DNA from: a candidate division WOR-3 bacterium
GTDB taxonomy: Bacteria; Hydrothermota; Hydrothermia; UBA1063
Reading direction: 5' to 3'
DNA length: 64,000 bases
NCBI GenBank assembly: GCA_039803545.1
Contig: JBDRYS010000001.1
Location: 1,866-65,865, forward strand
Shown: in pieces, positions 37,683-47,782 of the stretch
How the letters are laid out: every line of letters begins with the position of its first letter
How positions within the stretch are numbered: position 1 is the stretch's first letter
Made by a program: the position numbers and the translations under genes
Notes under the pieces: model-generated
Databases searched by the model: none
The model's input: only the letters and a program-made list of their open reading frames with translations
Told to the model about the DNA's origin: nothing

Positions 37683-39035
37683 ATGGGTCATCCCTTCCTC
37701 CCTTTGACTGATAAAGATAGGGAGGAGATGTTAAATTTTCTTGGTGTTAAATCTTACAGGGAGTTACTGAAGGATATCCCTGAAGAATACTTTTACAAAG
37801 GAGAGCTAAAAATCCCCTCTGCAATTTCAGAAGAGGAAGCTGTTGAATTATTGGAAAGTTTGTCTAATGAAAATTTACATAACCTCAAAATTTTCGCAGG
37901 TGCTGGTGCCTATGACCATTACGTACCGAAGGTGATCCCATTCATTATAAGCAGGTCTGAATTTTATACCGCTTATACACCTTATCAAGCGGAGGTCTCC
38001 CAAGGAACTTTGCAAGCGATTTTTGAGTATCAATCTGCAATTTGCGAACTTACTAAAATGGAAGTGACTAACGCATCCATGTATGATGGGGCAACGGCCT
38101 TGGCAGAGGCTATTTTAATGGCCTTGAGATTGAAACCGGAGCGGAAAAAGGTTCTCTATGCAGAAAGTATACATCCCAATTACCTTGCGGTGGTGAAAAC
38201 TTATGTGAATCTCGAAGGAGTTTCCTTAGTAGAGGTGAAATATGATCAAAAAACTGGTCAGGTTGATTTGAATGATCTCAAGTCAAAGATTGATGAAAAC
38301 ACTGCCTGTTTTGCCTTTCAGACTCCTAATTTCTTTGGTGTTATTGAGGATGGTTTTGAGATAAGGAAGATCCTTGATGAAAAAGGATCCCTTTTAATAT
38401 CTGTCTATAATCCGATTTCTCTTGGCCTCCTGGCTGCTCCTGGAGAATATGGGGCTGACATTGCCGTAGGAGAGGGACAACCCCTTGGAATTCCCCTTTC
38501 TTTCGGTGGTCCATACCTTGGTCTCTTTTCAGCACGGATGGAACACATAAGGCAAATGCCTGGTAGAATAATAGGAGAAACAAGAGACCTCGAAGGGAAG
38601 CGCGGTTTTGTGATGACTCTGCAAACGAGGGAACAGCACATTAAGCGAGAAAAGGCTACTTCCAACATATGTAGTAATCAGAACCTATGCGCCCTCATGG
38701 CCCTTATATATTTGAGCCTCCTTGGTAAAAATGGCATAAAGGAGATTGCCTTTCAGAATACGGTGCGGGCCCACTATTTACTCGATAAATTAGTTAAAGA
38801 GACGCCTGTAAAGAAGGTTTTTGACGGACCTATTTTCAATGAGTTCGTAGTAGCGTTGCCTTTAAAGGCTGAGAAATTAATTGATAGGGCAATGGATAGT
38901 GGCATCTTAGCGGGAGTGGCACTCGGGCAGTTCGGCTACCCTGAAAACTGGATGAGTATTGCTACAACGGAAAAGCTTTCAGCCTCTGACCTGGATGATT
39001 ATGTAAAGGTTATTTCAAATATTTTAAAGGAGTAA
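37683..39035 (+). CDS. gcvPA: Glycine dehydrogenase (aminomethyl-transferring) subunit 1
   Basis: N-terminal P-protein half: TAYTPYQAEVSQGTLQAIFEYQ, ASMYDGATALAEA. Confidence 0.85.
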   Translation: MGHPFLPLTDKDREEMLNFLGVKSYRELLKDIPEEYFYKGELKIPSAISEEEAVELLESLSNENLHNLKIFAGAGAYDHYVPKVIPFIISRSEFYTAYTPYQAEVSQGTLQAIFEYQSAICELTKMEVTNASMYDGATALAEAILMALRLKPERKKVLYAESIHPNYLAVVKTYVNLEGVSLVEVKYDQKTGQVDLNDLKSKIDENTACFAFQTPNFFGVIEDGFEIRKILDEKGSLLISVYNPISLGLLAAPGEYGADIAVGEGQPLGIPLSFGGPYLGLFSARMEHIRQMPGRIIGETRDLEGKRGFVMTLQTREQHIKREKATSNICSNQNLCALMALIYLSLLGKNGIKEIAFQNTVRAHYLLDKLVKETPVKKVFDGPIFNEFVVALPLKAEKLIDRAMDSGILAGVALGQFGYPENWMSIATTEKLSASDLDDYVKVISNILKE

Positions 39036-39038
39036 AAA

Positions 39039-39530
39039 ATGGCATTTCCAATAGAAGAACTCTGGGTAAATAGGAAGGTTGTAAAAGTTATTTTGAGAGC
39101 CGTTAAGGATAAGCCTGGAATTGCTGCGGAGATCTTTGAAAAGCTTGCCTCAAAAGGGATAAATGTGGAGCTAATCGTTTCGGGACCTTCCAGCAAAGGG
39201 AGATCCGATATTGCTTTTCTTGTCCTTGAAAGCCAATTGCCTCAAATTCAGGAGATGGAAGATGAATTGATTGAGATATCTGATGCCAGCGGGATTGCTT
39301 ACGATCCAAAGGTAGCATTGCTGGTTTTCTATGGATCAAAGGAAATTTCGAAAACCCCCGGCGTTGCAGCAAAGATTTTTAATTTGCTAGCGGAAGCTGG
39401 AGTGAACATTGAAATGATCGGCACATCCATTGATTCCATATCCATTGTTATTAGGGAGGAACTCGTAGACAGGGCAATACTTGTTTTGACAGATGTCCTT
39501 GGCCTTTCGGTAGAGGAGGGGTACCTATAA
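39039..39530 (+). CDS. Tandem ACT-domain protein
   Basis: Two beta-alpha-beta-beta-alpha-beta ACT-like repeats (VKVILRAVKDKPGIAAEIFEKLASKGINVELI; GSKEISKTPGVAAKIFNLLAEAGVNIEMI). Confidence 0.6.
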   Translation: MAFPIEELWVNRKVVKVILRAVKDKPGIAAEIFEKLASKGINVELIVSGPSSKGRSDIAFLVLESQLPQIQEMEDELIEISDASGIAYDPKVALLVFYGSKEISKTPGVAAKIFNLLAEAGVNIEMIGTSIDSISIVIREELVDRAILVLTDVLGLSVEEGYL

Positions 39531-40648
39531 TGGGTATAGAATTGCTTCAGGGGAACGAAGCAGCGGCGATAGGAGCGATCAAGGCTGGAGTAAGATTCTA
39601 CGGAGGGTATCCAATAACACCGTCTTCGGAAATTGCTGAGGTAATGGCTAAGGAATTGCCGAAGGTCGGAGGCATTTTCATCCAGTTTGAGGACGAGATT
39701 GCGAGTCTTGCAGCTTGTATTGGAGCCAGACTCGGCGGGTTAAAATCGATGACTGCAACCAGTGGCCCTGGATTTTCTTTAATGCAGGAACACTTGGGAT
39801 TTGCTGCAATGGCTGAAGTTCCCGTTTTGATTGTGAATTCCATGAGGGGTGGACCGTCCACTGGTGCTCCAACCATGCCTATGCAGGGTGACGTGATGCA
39901 GTCGAGATGGGGAACTCATGGTGATCATCCTGTGGTTGTCCTTGCTCCTGCTTCGGTTCAGGAGGTGTTTGATCTTGTAGTTGAGGGGGTAAATATTTCC
40001 GAGTATTTGAGGGTGCCGGTGGTCCTTCTTACCGATGAAATTACTTCTCATATGAGAGAGAAGATTAACATACCAGACGATGTTAAGGAAGTCGAACTCG
40101 CTAAGGTTGAGCCAAAGGATTTTCTACCCTTTATGGATGGTCAAGAATATGGTTTTTACCTTTTACCCTTTGGTGAAGGGAAGAGATATCATATCACAGG
40201 GTTATTCCATGGTCCTGATGGTTTCCCAACTAATAAAAATGAACTAATGAAATGGAAGCTTGAACGGTTCCACGTTAAGATGCAGAAGGCTTCGGATATC
40301 TCTGAAGAGGCTGTTGAATTTTATGGTGAGGCGGAAGGGGACGTATTCTTTGTTGCTTACGGAATTGTGTCGAGGGCAGTGAAGGAGGTTGTTGATAGGT
40401 TGAACGAGAAGGGTATCAAAGCGGGCCTTTTGAGACCTAAAATTCTGTGGCCTGAACCCCAAAAGGCAATTAGCACCCTAAGGGAAAGAGCAAAGAAGGT
40501 TATCGTGCCTGAAATGAATATGGGGCAATATGTTCATGTGGTTTCGGAAATTTTAGGGCCTGAAAAAGTCTTTCCTTTGAACCGCTATGATTGCGAGATT
40601 TTTGAGCCCGATGATATATTTGATTTTGCTAAAGAGGCTGTGTTATGA
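39530..40648 (+). CDS. 2-oxoacid:ferredoxin oxidoreductase alpha-subunit-like protein (KorA/PorA family), apparently without adjacent beta subunit
   Basis: GNEAAAIGAIKAGVRFYGGYPITPSSEI, TSGPGFSLMQEHLGFAAMAEVPVLIVNSMRGGPSTG; no TPP-binding beta subunit gene follows. Confidence 0.7.
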   Translation: MGIELLQGNEAAAIGAIKAGVRFYGGYPITPSSEIAEVMAKELPKVGGIFIQFEDEIASLAACIGARLGGLKSMTATSGPGFSLMQEHLGFAAMAEVPVLIVNSMRGGPSTGAPTMPMQGDVMQSRWGTHGDHPVVVLAPASVQEVFDLVVEGVNISEYLRVPVVLLTDEITSHMREKINIPDDVKEVELAKVEPKDFLPFMDGQEYGFYLLPFGEGKRYHITGLFHGPDGFPTNKNELMKWKLERFHVKMQKASDISEEAVEFYGEAEGDVFFVAYGIVSRAVKEVVDRLNEKGIKAGLLRPKILWPEPQKAISTLRERAKKVIVPEMNMGQYVHVVSEILGPEKVFPLNRYDCEIFEPDDIFDFAKEAVL

Positions 40649-41625
40649 GACGGGGTGAGCAAAGAAAGTTGTATGTTGCTATCCTTGCGGCGGGTAAAGC
40701 GAAGAGGATGAATTCAAACCGGAGTAAGGTATTGCACGAGGTTGCAGGGAAACCCCTTCTTTTCTTCCCTATTAAGGTTGCTAAGAGCCTTAACCCTGAA
40801 AAGATCTTTGTGATTGTTGGTGGTCCCTTTATGGATCAAATCGTTGAGTTTCTCAAGGACGAGCCTGTGGAGATTGTAGTCCAGGAGGAGCCGAAAGGTA
40901 CTGGTGACGCGGTAAAAAGATTGGAGAAACACATTGGTGGTGAAGAGGCGGATCTCTTTGTGATGCCGGGTGATGCGCCCCTCCTTACTGAGAAAACCGC
41001 AAAGGAATTGGTGGAATTTCACCGGTCTCGTGGAGCTTACGCCACCGTTTTAACTGCCGAGGTTCCTGATCCTACGGGATATGGCCGTATAGTGAGGTCT
41101 GTCGGAGATCGGATTTTGATGATCGTAGAAGAGGCAGATGCCTTCCCAGAAGAAAAGGCCATTAAAGAGGTAAATTCAGGAATGTATGTTTTTTACGTCC
41201 CTGTTCTCTTCCAGTATATTCATGAAATCAGGCCCGACAACAGGCAGGGTGAGTATTATTTAACAGATATTATCGAAATTCTGCAAAGAAGGATGGGGAA
41301 TGTCTTTGCTCACAAAATCGAGGACTGGGAGGAAATTCTCGGAGTAAATACACGGGAACAGCTTGGGATTGTGAATCGGATAATGCTTAAAAGAATTATC
41401 AACTATATGCTTGAGAATGGAGTTTCAATGGTTGACCCCGATAAGGTTTATATCGAGGCTGAGGTCAAAATCGGAAGGGATGTTACTTTGTATCCCTTTG
41501 TTGCACTACTGGGCAAAACTGAAATCGGTGACAATTCCGTTATAGGACCGGGAATTGTCCTCAAGGACAAACAGGTTAAGGCAAATTCGATAATCTTTTC
41601 CCTTTCAGACCTTGAGGAAAACTAA
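40645..41625 (+). CDS. Sugar-phosphate nucleotidyltransferase with C-terminal left-handed beta-helix (GlmU N-terminal-like)
   Basis: LAAGKAKRM...KVLH nucleotidyltransferase signature; hexapeptide repeats at the C-terminus. Confidence 0.6.
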   Translation: MRRGEQRKLYVAILAAGKAKRMNSNRSKVLHEVAGKPLLFFPIKVAKSLNPEKIFVIVGGPFMDQIVEFLKDEPVEIVVQEEPKGTGDAVKRLEKHIGGEEADLFVMPGDAPLLTEKTAKELVEFHRSRGAYATVLTAEVPDPTGYGRIVRSVGDRILMIVEEADAFPEEKAIKEVNSGMYVFYVPVLFQYIHEIRPDNRQGEYYLTDIIEILQRRMGNVFAHKIEDWEEILGVNTREQLGIVNRIMLKRIINYMLENGVSMVDPDKVYIEAEVKIGRDVTLYPFVALLGKTEIGDNSVIGPGIVLKDKQVKANSIIFSLSDLEEN

Positions 41626-41628
41626 AGA

Positions 41629-41934
41629 ATGAAGGAAGTTGTTAAAAAGGTCTTACATCTTGCAAAACTTCAACTCCCAGAAGAGGAAGAGAAAGCCTTA
41701 GTGGAGCATTTTAAGAAAGTTCTCGATATGGTTGAAAAACTCAAAGAGGTTGACACTGAAGGGGTAGAGCCTCTTTATTATCCTCACGAAGATTTTACTC
41801 TGCGAATGCGAGAAGATGTACCAGAATCCTCTTTGCTAAAAATAGAGGTTCTGCAAAACGCTCCAGAGGCCTTTACTGATTACATCAAAGCCCCTTCTCC
41901 ATTAAGGGGGATAGCTAAGAAATCAAGACAATGA
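41629..41934 (+). CDS. gatC: Asp-tRNA(Asn)/Glu-tRNA(Gln) amidotransferase subunit C
   Basis: Typical approximately 100-aa GatC with LAKLQLPEEEEKALVEHF...VDTEGVEP. Confidence 0.8.
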   Translation: MKEVVKKVLHLAKLQLPEEEEKALVEHFKKVLDMVEKLKEVDTEGVEPLYYPHEDFTLRMREDVPESSLLKIEVLQNAPEAFTDYIKAPSPLRGIAKKSRQ

Positions 41935-42632
41935 ATTTAGTCCTTTTCGATATCGATGGCACCCTTATATATTCTGGCGGGGCGGGTGCGAGGGCTTTAA
42001 ACCTTGCCTTTAAGGAAAAGTACAGTATTGATGAAGCGATGTCTGTTGTAAATCCCCATGGTCAAACGGATATTGCCATAGTTGAAGAAATCTTTCAAAA
42101 GAAACTTGGCAGAACCCCAACTTTTGACGAAGTAAAGGAAATTCTTGAATTTTACCTTTTATATTTGAGGGAGGAGGTTTGGAAGGCAGAGAAGTACAAA
42201 GTTCTCGATGGGGTCGTCGAAACTCTTGAAGCTCTCGCCTCTTCAAAGGATTTTTTCCTCGGTTTAGCCACAGGGAACATTGAAGAAGGCGCAAGGATAA
42301 AATTGGAGAGGGGTGATCTTAATAAATATTTCAAATGTGGAGGGTTTGGCTCCGATCACAGGGAAAGGTGGCAAATTGTGAGGAAGGCCTGGGAAAGGTG
42401 CCTGGAGTATACTGGGGAAGTTTTTTCTAATGTCTATGTAGTTGGTGATACCCCATTGGATATAGAAGCAGGAAAAAAGGCGGGTTTTAAAACTATCGGC
42501 GTGGCAACGAGTATCTACACCTTTGAAGACCTTGTAAAGAGTGGAGCAGATTTTGTTATAAACAGGATGGATGAACTTTTAATGGTTTTAGAAGGAGACG
42601 CAAAGGTATCTTTTAAAAATGAGAGCTTTTAA
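41931..42632 (+). CDS. HAD-superfamily hydrolase (phosphoglycolate phosphatase-like)
   Basis: Motif I LFDIDGTL; motif IV VGDTPLD. Confidence 0.75.
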   Translation: MNLVLFDIDGTLIYSGGAGARALNLAFKEKYSIDEAMSVVNPHGQTDIAIVEEIFQKKLGRTPTFDEVKEILEFYLLYLREEVWKAEKYKVLDGVVETLEALASSKDFFLGLATGNIEEGARIKLERGDLNKYFKCGGFGSDHRERWQIVRKAWERCLEYTGEVFSNVYVVGDTPLDIEAGKKAGFKTIGVATSIYTFEDLVKSGADFVINRMDELLMVLEGDAKVSFKNESF

Positions 42633-42646
42633 ATAGGAGGAGTTCA

Positions 42647-43606
42647 ATGGCAAAAAGGATCCTTGTTACAGGAGCGGCGGGTCAAATTGGATCAGAGCTT
42701 GTACCCTTTTTGAGAAGTGTCTACGGGAATGACAATGTGGTTGCTTGTGGCCATTCCAAGCCGCTACCTGAGGAGATAGTTAGCTCCGGTCCATCCGATT
42801 ATGTGGATGTTAGAGATGCCAGAGCTTTGGCAGAAAAGGTGAAAAAATATGAAGTTGGTACCATATACCATCTTGCGGCGATCCTCTCTGCCGCTGGTGA
42901 GAAAAATCCCCAACTTGCTTGGGATATAAACATTAATGGGCTTTACAATGTTCTTGAAGTTGCAAGGGAATTTAAGCTCGCAGTATTTATACCCAGTTCC
43001 ATTGCCGCCTTTGGCCCCAATACCCCGAAGGTAAAAACACCTCAGGATACTATTCAAAGACCCACTTCAATATACGGTATAACTAAGGTTGCAGGTGAGC
43101 TTCTTGCGGATTATTACTGGCTAAAGTACGGTGTGGATACCCGGGGTGTGAGGTACCCTGGAATTATATCTTATGTGACACCACCGGGCGGTGGAACTAC
43201 AGATTACGCAGTGGAGATTTTCTACGAAGCGATCCTTAAGAAAAAATATGTGTGCTTTTTGAAGCCGGGCACCATGCTCGATATGATGTATATGCCCGAT
43301 GCCCTTAAGGCGGCAGTCCAGCTTATGGAGGCTGATTCATCTAAGCTAAAACATCGAAACGCCTTCAATGTGACTGCTTTCAGTTTTGATCCTGAGATGC
43401 TTGCGGCAGAAATAAAGAAGCACATCCCGGATTTTGTCATAGAGTATGAAATTGACCCGGTTAGGCAGGCAATAGCGGACTCTTGGCCTGACAGTCTTGA
43501 CGATTCTTGTGCACGGGAGGAATGGGGCTGGAAGCCGGATTATGATTTTCCAACTATGGTGAAAGATATGATTGAAAAATTAAGTGCCAAACTTTTAAAG
43601 AAGTAA
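42647..43606 (+). CDS. tdh: NAD-dependent epimerase/dehydratase-fold L-threonine 3-dehydrogenase
   Basis: VTGAAGQIGSEL Rossmann motif, YxxxK (YGITKVAGE); adjacent to kbl, as in SDR-type TDH operons. Confidence 0.7.
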   Translation: MAKRILVTGAAGQIGSELVPFLRSVYGNDNVVACGHSKPLPEEIVSSGPSDYVDVRDARALAEKVKKYEVGTIYHLAAILSAAGEKNPQLAWDININGLYNVLEVAREFKLAVFIPSSIAAFGPNTPKVKTPQDTIQRPTSIYGITKVAGELLADYYWLKYGVDTRGVRYPGIISYVTPPGGGTTDYAVEIFYEAILKKKYVCFLKPGTMLDMMYMPDALKAAVQLMEADSSKLKHRNAFNVTAFSFDPEMLAAEIKKHIPDFVIEYEIDPVRQAIADSWPDSLDDSCAREEWGWKPDYDFPTMVKDMIEKLSAKLLKK

Positions 43607-43616
43607 GGAGGGTATC

Positions 43617-44852
43617 ATGGCCCTTGATAGATTAACAAAGGTTTTGAATAATGAGCTGGAACAGCTAAGAAATGAGGGACGTGCAAAGGGTAAGGAGTTT
43701 ATCATAGTTGATGTGAAAAAACCCCAGAACGGTAAAGGTCCGAGGTTCTACCTTAAGGGCTTTGGCGATAAAGAATTCATAAGAATGAATTCCAACTCCT
43801 ACCTCGGGATGCAATTTGAGGAAGAGATCATTAAGGTTGAAGAAGAAACAGCGAGGAAATTTGGGGTTGGTCCAGGTGCAGTAAGGTTTATAAGTGGTAC
43901 CTATGCACCTCATAGGGAGTTAGAAAAGAAATTGGCCCAGTTCCATGGTCGAGAAGATGCAATGATTTACAGCGCCGCTTATGTCACGGTCATCGGTGTA
44001 ATTTCCTCCCTTACTACACCGGAAACCATTATAATTAGTGATGAGTTGAACCACAACTGTATCATCAATGCTATAAGGCTTTCGAGGCCCAAGGACAAGG
44101 CCGTTTATAAACATCTTGATATGAAGGATCTCGAAAATAAAATTAAGGACGCTATTGGAAAGGCGAAGAGGGTAATTGTGGTTACCGACGGTGTTTTCAG
44201 TATGAGGGGTGACTATGCTGACCTTAAAGAGATTCAGAGGATAGCAGAAAAGTATGACAAGGAATTTGAGGAGAACATCATTACCATCGTTGATGATTCC
44301 CATGGCGTTGGTGCTTTTGGAGAGACAGGTCGCGGTACAGAAGAGGTAACAGGTGGAAGGGCTGACCTTCTTATTGGAACTATGGGTAAGGCTTACGGTG
44401 TAAACGGTGGATATGTGGTTTCTAACGAGGCTGTTATAACTTACCTGAGGGAAAAGGCTATAACTTACATCTATTCAAACCCCATTACACCGGCTGAAGC
44501 AGCCTGCGTGCTCAAGGTGATGGAAATCCTTGACAGTCCGAGGGGCAGGGAAAGGTTAAAGTATCTCAGAGACCTTGCTAATCGTTTCAGGAATGGTCTT
44601 TTAAAGCTTGGTTATGAAACTATCGTTAGCGAACATCCCATAGTACCTCTCTTAGTAAGGGATACCTGGAGAACTTCTGACATTGTTAAATATCTCATTG
44701 AGAACGGTATCCTTGCAACGGGGCTCAATTACCCTGTCGTTCCAAAGGGGGATGAAACTATTAGATTCCAGATCAATGCGGACCACACACCGGAAGACAT
44801 TGACTATGTTTTGAGCGTGCTTGAAAGGTATAAGAAGGAGCGCTGGAGCTAA
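43617..44852 (+). CDS. kbl: Glycine C-acetyltransferase (2-amino-3-ketobutyrate CoA ligase)
   Basis: PLP-dependent class II aminotransferase fold; DDSHGVGAFGETGRG, GTMGKAYGVNGGYV (PLP lysine). Confidence 0.8.
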   Translation: MALDRLTKVLNNELEQLRNEGRAKGKEFIIVDVKKPQNGKGPRFYLKGFGDKEFIRMNSNSYLGMQFEEEIIKVEEETARKFGVGPGAVRFISGTYAPHRELEKKLAQFHGREDAMIYSAAYVTVIGVISSLTTPETIIISDELNHNCIINAIRLSRPKDKAVYKHLDMKDLENKIKDAIGKAKRVIVVTDGVFSMRGDYADLKEIQRIAEKYDKEFEENIITIVDDSHGVGAFGETGRGTEEVTGGRADLLIGTMGKAYGVNGGYVVSNEAVITYLREKAITYIYSNPITPAEAACVLKVMEILDSPRGRERLKYLRDLANRFRNGLLKLGYETIVSEHPIVPLLVRDTWRTSDIVKYLIENGILATGLNYPVVPKGDETIRFQINADHTPEDIDYVLSVLERYKKERWS

Positions 44853-45005
44853 GTCGCTATCATTAGAGTTTTTAAAGAAGGCTTAGGATTATCTTTGAGA
44901 TTCGGAGAAGATTAAGGTTAACTGGAGATTTTTAGACATTAACTTATTTTTGTTTCATATTTGAGCGTCAATTCTCACTAAATTTGCTCTGTGAGGTGCT
45001 TTCGA

Positions 45006-45878
45006 TTACAAATTATTCCATTCCGGCAGTATTTCCGAGGTTTCCATGTTGTCTATGAGTCTTGCTTTGCCTACGAAGACTGCCAAGGCGATGAGCTCTT
45101 TCCCCTTTATTTCTTCAACGGGGGTTAATGTGTATTTATCGACAACTTCTATGTAATCGATTTTTCTGACGGATTTGTGCTGAAGGATAAATTTTTCCAT
45201 TTCGGCCTTTATTTTTTCGGCCCTTCTCTCGCCATTTTTTATCATCTTGGAAGCCAGCTGGAGGGCATTGTAAAGACAGAGGGCATCCCTCCTCTCTTCG
45301 GGGTTAAGGTATACATTTCTGGAACTCATTGCAAGACCATCGGGTTCTCTTACAATGGGGCAGGGTACAATCTCGACGGTCATGTTCAGATCCCTTGCCA
45401 TTCGCTCAATGATTCTGAATTGTTGGTAATCTTTCTTCCCGAAATAGGCCCTATCGGGCATCACGATGTTAAAAAGTTTAGTAACAACGGTGCAGACACC
45501 TTTAAAGTGTCCCGGTCTTTTCGCTCCACAGAGGTATTTAGATAACTCTGTTTCTTCGACATAGGTAGAATAGTCTTCTGGATACATATCCTTCACTTCG
45601 GGAATAAAAACGTAGTCAACCCCTTCTCTTTCCAGGAGACTAAGGTCCCTTTTTTCATCACGCGGGTATCTCTCGTAATCCTCACCGGGACCAAACTGAA
45701 TGGGATTTACAAAAATGGAAACAAAGGTGACATCGCATTCTGATTTTGACCTTCTAACCAGTGAAAGATGTCCCTCATGAAGGTAGCCCATAGTGGGCAC
45801 AAAGCCTATCCTTTTCCCTTCTTTTTTGAGTTTCTGGGATATTTTTTGAACTTCTAACGGTTTTTTCAATACTTCCAT
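45006..45878 (-). CDS. panC: Pantoate--beta-alanine ligase
   Basis: [20 protein letters not shown]-type motif. Confidence 0.9.
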   Translation of the reverse strand: MEVLKKPLEVQKISQKLKKEGKRIGFVPTMGYLHEGHLSLVRRSKSECDVTFVSIFVNPIQFGPGEDYERYPRDEKRDLSLLEREGVDYVFIPEVKDMYPEDYSTYVEETELSKYLCGAKRPGHFKGVCTVVTKLFNIVMPDRAYFGKKDYQQFRIIERMARDLNMTVEIVPCPIVREPDGLAMSSRNVYLNPEERRDALCLYNALQLASKMIKNGERRAEKIKAEMEKFILQHKSVRKIDYIEVVDKYTLTPVEEIKGKELIALAVFVGKARLIDNMETSEILPEWNNL

Positions 45879-46690
45879 TACTCTTCCCTCTTCAACTTAA
45901 AGTAATGGGATTCGTCGGGGAATTTCTTTGCTTTTACCTCTTCCCTGAAGGCCTTTAGCCCTTCTACGCCTTCCCGATAAAGTTCTCTGTATGCCTTAGC
46001 GAAGGATGGCCTGAAGTCGGGGTAAAGACCGAGCAAATCGTGGAAAACAAGAACTTGACCATCGCAATAGGGTCCTGCTCCTATGCCAATGGTGGGAACT
46101 CTAACAGAATCTGTCACCATTTTTGCTGCCTCAGCAGGTACCATTTCGAGGACGATGGAAAACACCCCCGCTTCTTCCAAAATTTTTGCGTTTTCAAGTA
46201 GACGCTCTATCTCTTTTTCCGTTTTTGCCTGCAGTTTGTATCCCCCGTAGGAGTGAACATGTTGGGGCGTCATACCGAGATGACCCATTACAGGTATGCC
46301 ATAGTCGGTTAGTTTTTTCACAAGCTCTGCCACTTCCCTTCCTCCTTCTATTTTAACGGCCTCGGCGCCCGCTTTGATCAAAAGGCCGGCGTTTCTTATA
46401 GCTTCAGCCTCGCTAACCTGATAGGAAAGGAAGGGCATGTCAGCAATCAAAAAGGCGTTTTTAACGCCCTTTTTTACTATTTTAGTGTGATAAATTACAT
46501 CATCGATGGTGCAAGGTAGAGTGTTCTCATTTCCTTGAATCACCATGGAAAGGGAATCGCCGACGAGGATGGCGTCTACGCCAGCCTCGTCGGCCATCCT
46601 TGCCGAAACGTAGTCGTAAGCAGTTACCATTACTATGGGTTCTTTCCGTTCTTTTAGCTTGAAGAAGTCAACTATCGTAAATTTTTTCAT
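45878..46690 (-). CDS. panB: 3-methyl-2-oxobutanoate hydroxymethyltransferase
   Basis: [18 protein letters not shown] motifs. Confidence 0.9.
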   Translation of the reverse strand: MKKFTIVDFFKLKERKEPIVMVTAYDYVSARMADEAGVDAILVGDSLSMVIQGNENTLPCTIDDVIYHTKIVKKGVKNAFLIADMPFLSYQVSEAEAIRNAGLLIKAGAEAVKIEGGREVAELVKKLTDYGIPVMGHLGMTPQHVHSYGGYKLQAKTEKEIERLLENAKILEEAGVFSIVLEMVPAEAAKMVTDSVRVPTIGIGAGPYCDGQVLVFHDLLGLYPDFRPSFAKAYRELYREGVEGLKAFREEVKAKKFPDESHYFKLKREE

Positions 46691-46695
46691 TGTTT

Positions 46696-47775
46696 TTAAA
46701 TCTGGTAGAGGATAAACTCTTCCTTGCTCTTTACCCTTTCGCAGAAGCCTGCGAGGAGTTTGATGATGTTGTCCAAATCATCGAGGTTTACGACCTCGCA
46801 GGGTGTATGCATGTATCGGTTAGGGACGGATACAAGTCCGGTGGCCACTCCTGCCCTTGTTAACTGGATGGCGTTGGCGTCGGTGCCTGTGGCCCTTGGG
46901 GCAGGTTCCACCTGGTAAGGAAGGTTCAATTCCTTCGCCGTTGTTACCAGTTTTTCAAAAACCTTCGGGCTGATGTTGGGTCCCCTTGCAATAACTGGAC
47001 CGCCACCCAGTTTAATATCCCCAATGACCTTCTTTTCCACACCGGGTTGGTCTGCGGTATGGGTGACATCAACGGCAATGCCCACATGGGGATCTATTCC
47101 GAAGGCGCTGGTATGGGCCCCCCTCAGACCAATTTCCTCCTGGACGGTTGCCACTGCGTAGATTGAAGCATTCAGTTTGTCCTTTATTTTAGAAAGTTCG
47201 ATAAGAGTTTCAAGGACGATAAAGGCACCAACTCTGTCATCGAAACCGCGGGCTACTACATTGTTGTTATACAATTTCTCGTAGGATTGAGCGTTCACGG
47301 CACAGGTACCAATGTCAATCTTTTCAAAAACTTCATCCCTATTTTTTGCACCGATATCGATCCACATCTCCTTAAATTTCGGAACCCTTTTCCTTTCCTC
47401 TTCATCAAGTAGATGAATGGCCTTCTTGCCTATTACACCAAGGATCCTTGAGCCATCCTTTCCTTTGATCCAGACCCTCTGTCCCTGGGCAATCTGAGGG
47501 TCAACCCCGCCAATGGTGTTGAAGTAGAGGTAGCCCTGCTCATCGACATAGGTAATCATATAGCCTATCTCGTCGATATGGCCTGCCAGCATAATTCTCG
47601 GTTCTTTACCCTCATTGATAACAGCAATGGCATTTCCATGGTAGTCGGTGTAGACCTTATCAGCGTATGGTTTTGCCCTTTCTACCCATACCTTCACCGC
47701 CTCTTCTTCAAAGCCCGATGGGCTCATTGCATTTACCAGCGCTTCTAAGAACTTCTCTCTATCCTTTTCCATATC
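46696..47775 (-). CDS. M42-family metallo-aminopeptidase (start moved to ATG at 47775 behind RBS AAGGAGGAG)
   Basis: MEKDREKFLEALVNAMSPSGFEEE N-terminus typical of M42 (FrvX/YsdC); metal ligands HIDEIG, D...EE. Confidence 0.75.
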   Translation of the reverse strand, partial: DMEKDREKFLEALVNAMSPSGFEEEAVKVWVERAKPYADKVYTDYHGNAIAVINEGKEPRIMLAGHIDEIGYMITYVDEQGYLYFNTIGGVDPQIAQGQRVWIKGKDGSRILGVIGKKAIHLLDEEERKRVPKFKEMWIDIGAKNRDEVFEKIDIGTCAVNAQSYEKLYNNNVVARGFDDRVGAFIVLETLIELSKIKDKLNASIYAVATVQEEIGLRGAHTSAFGIDPHVGIAVDVTHTADQPGVEKKVIGDIKLGGGPVIARGPNISPKVFEKLVTTAKELNLPYQVEPAPRATGTDANAIQLTRAGVATGLVSVPNRYMHTPCEVVNLDDLDNIIKLLAGFCERVKSKEEFILYQI

Positions 47776-47782
47776 TCCTCCT

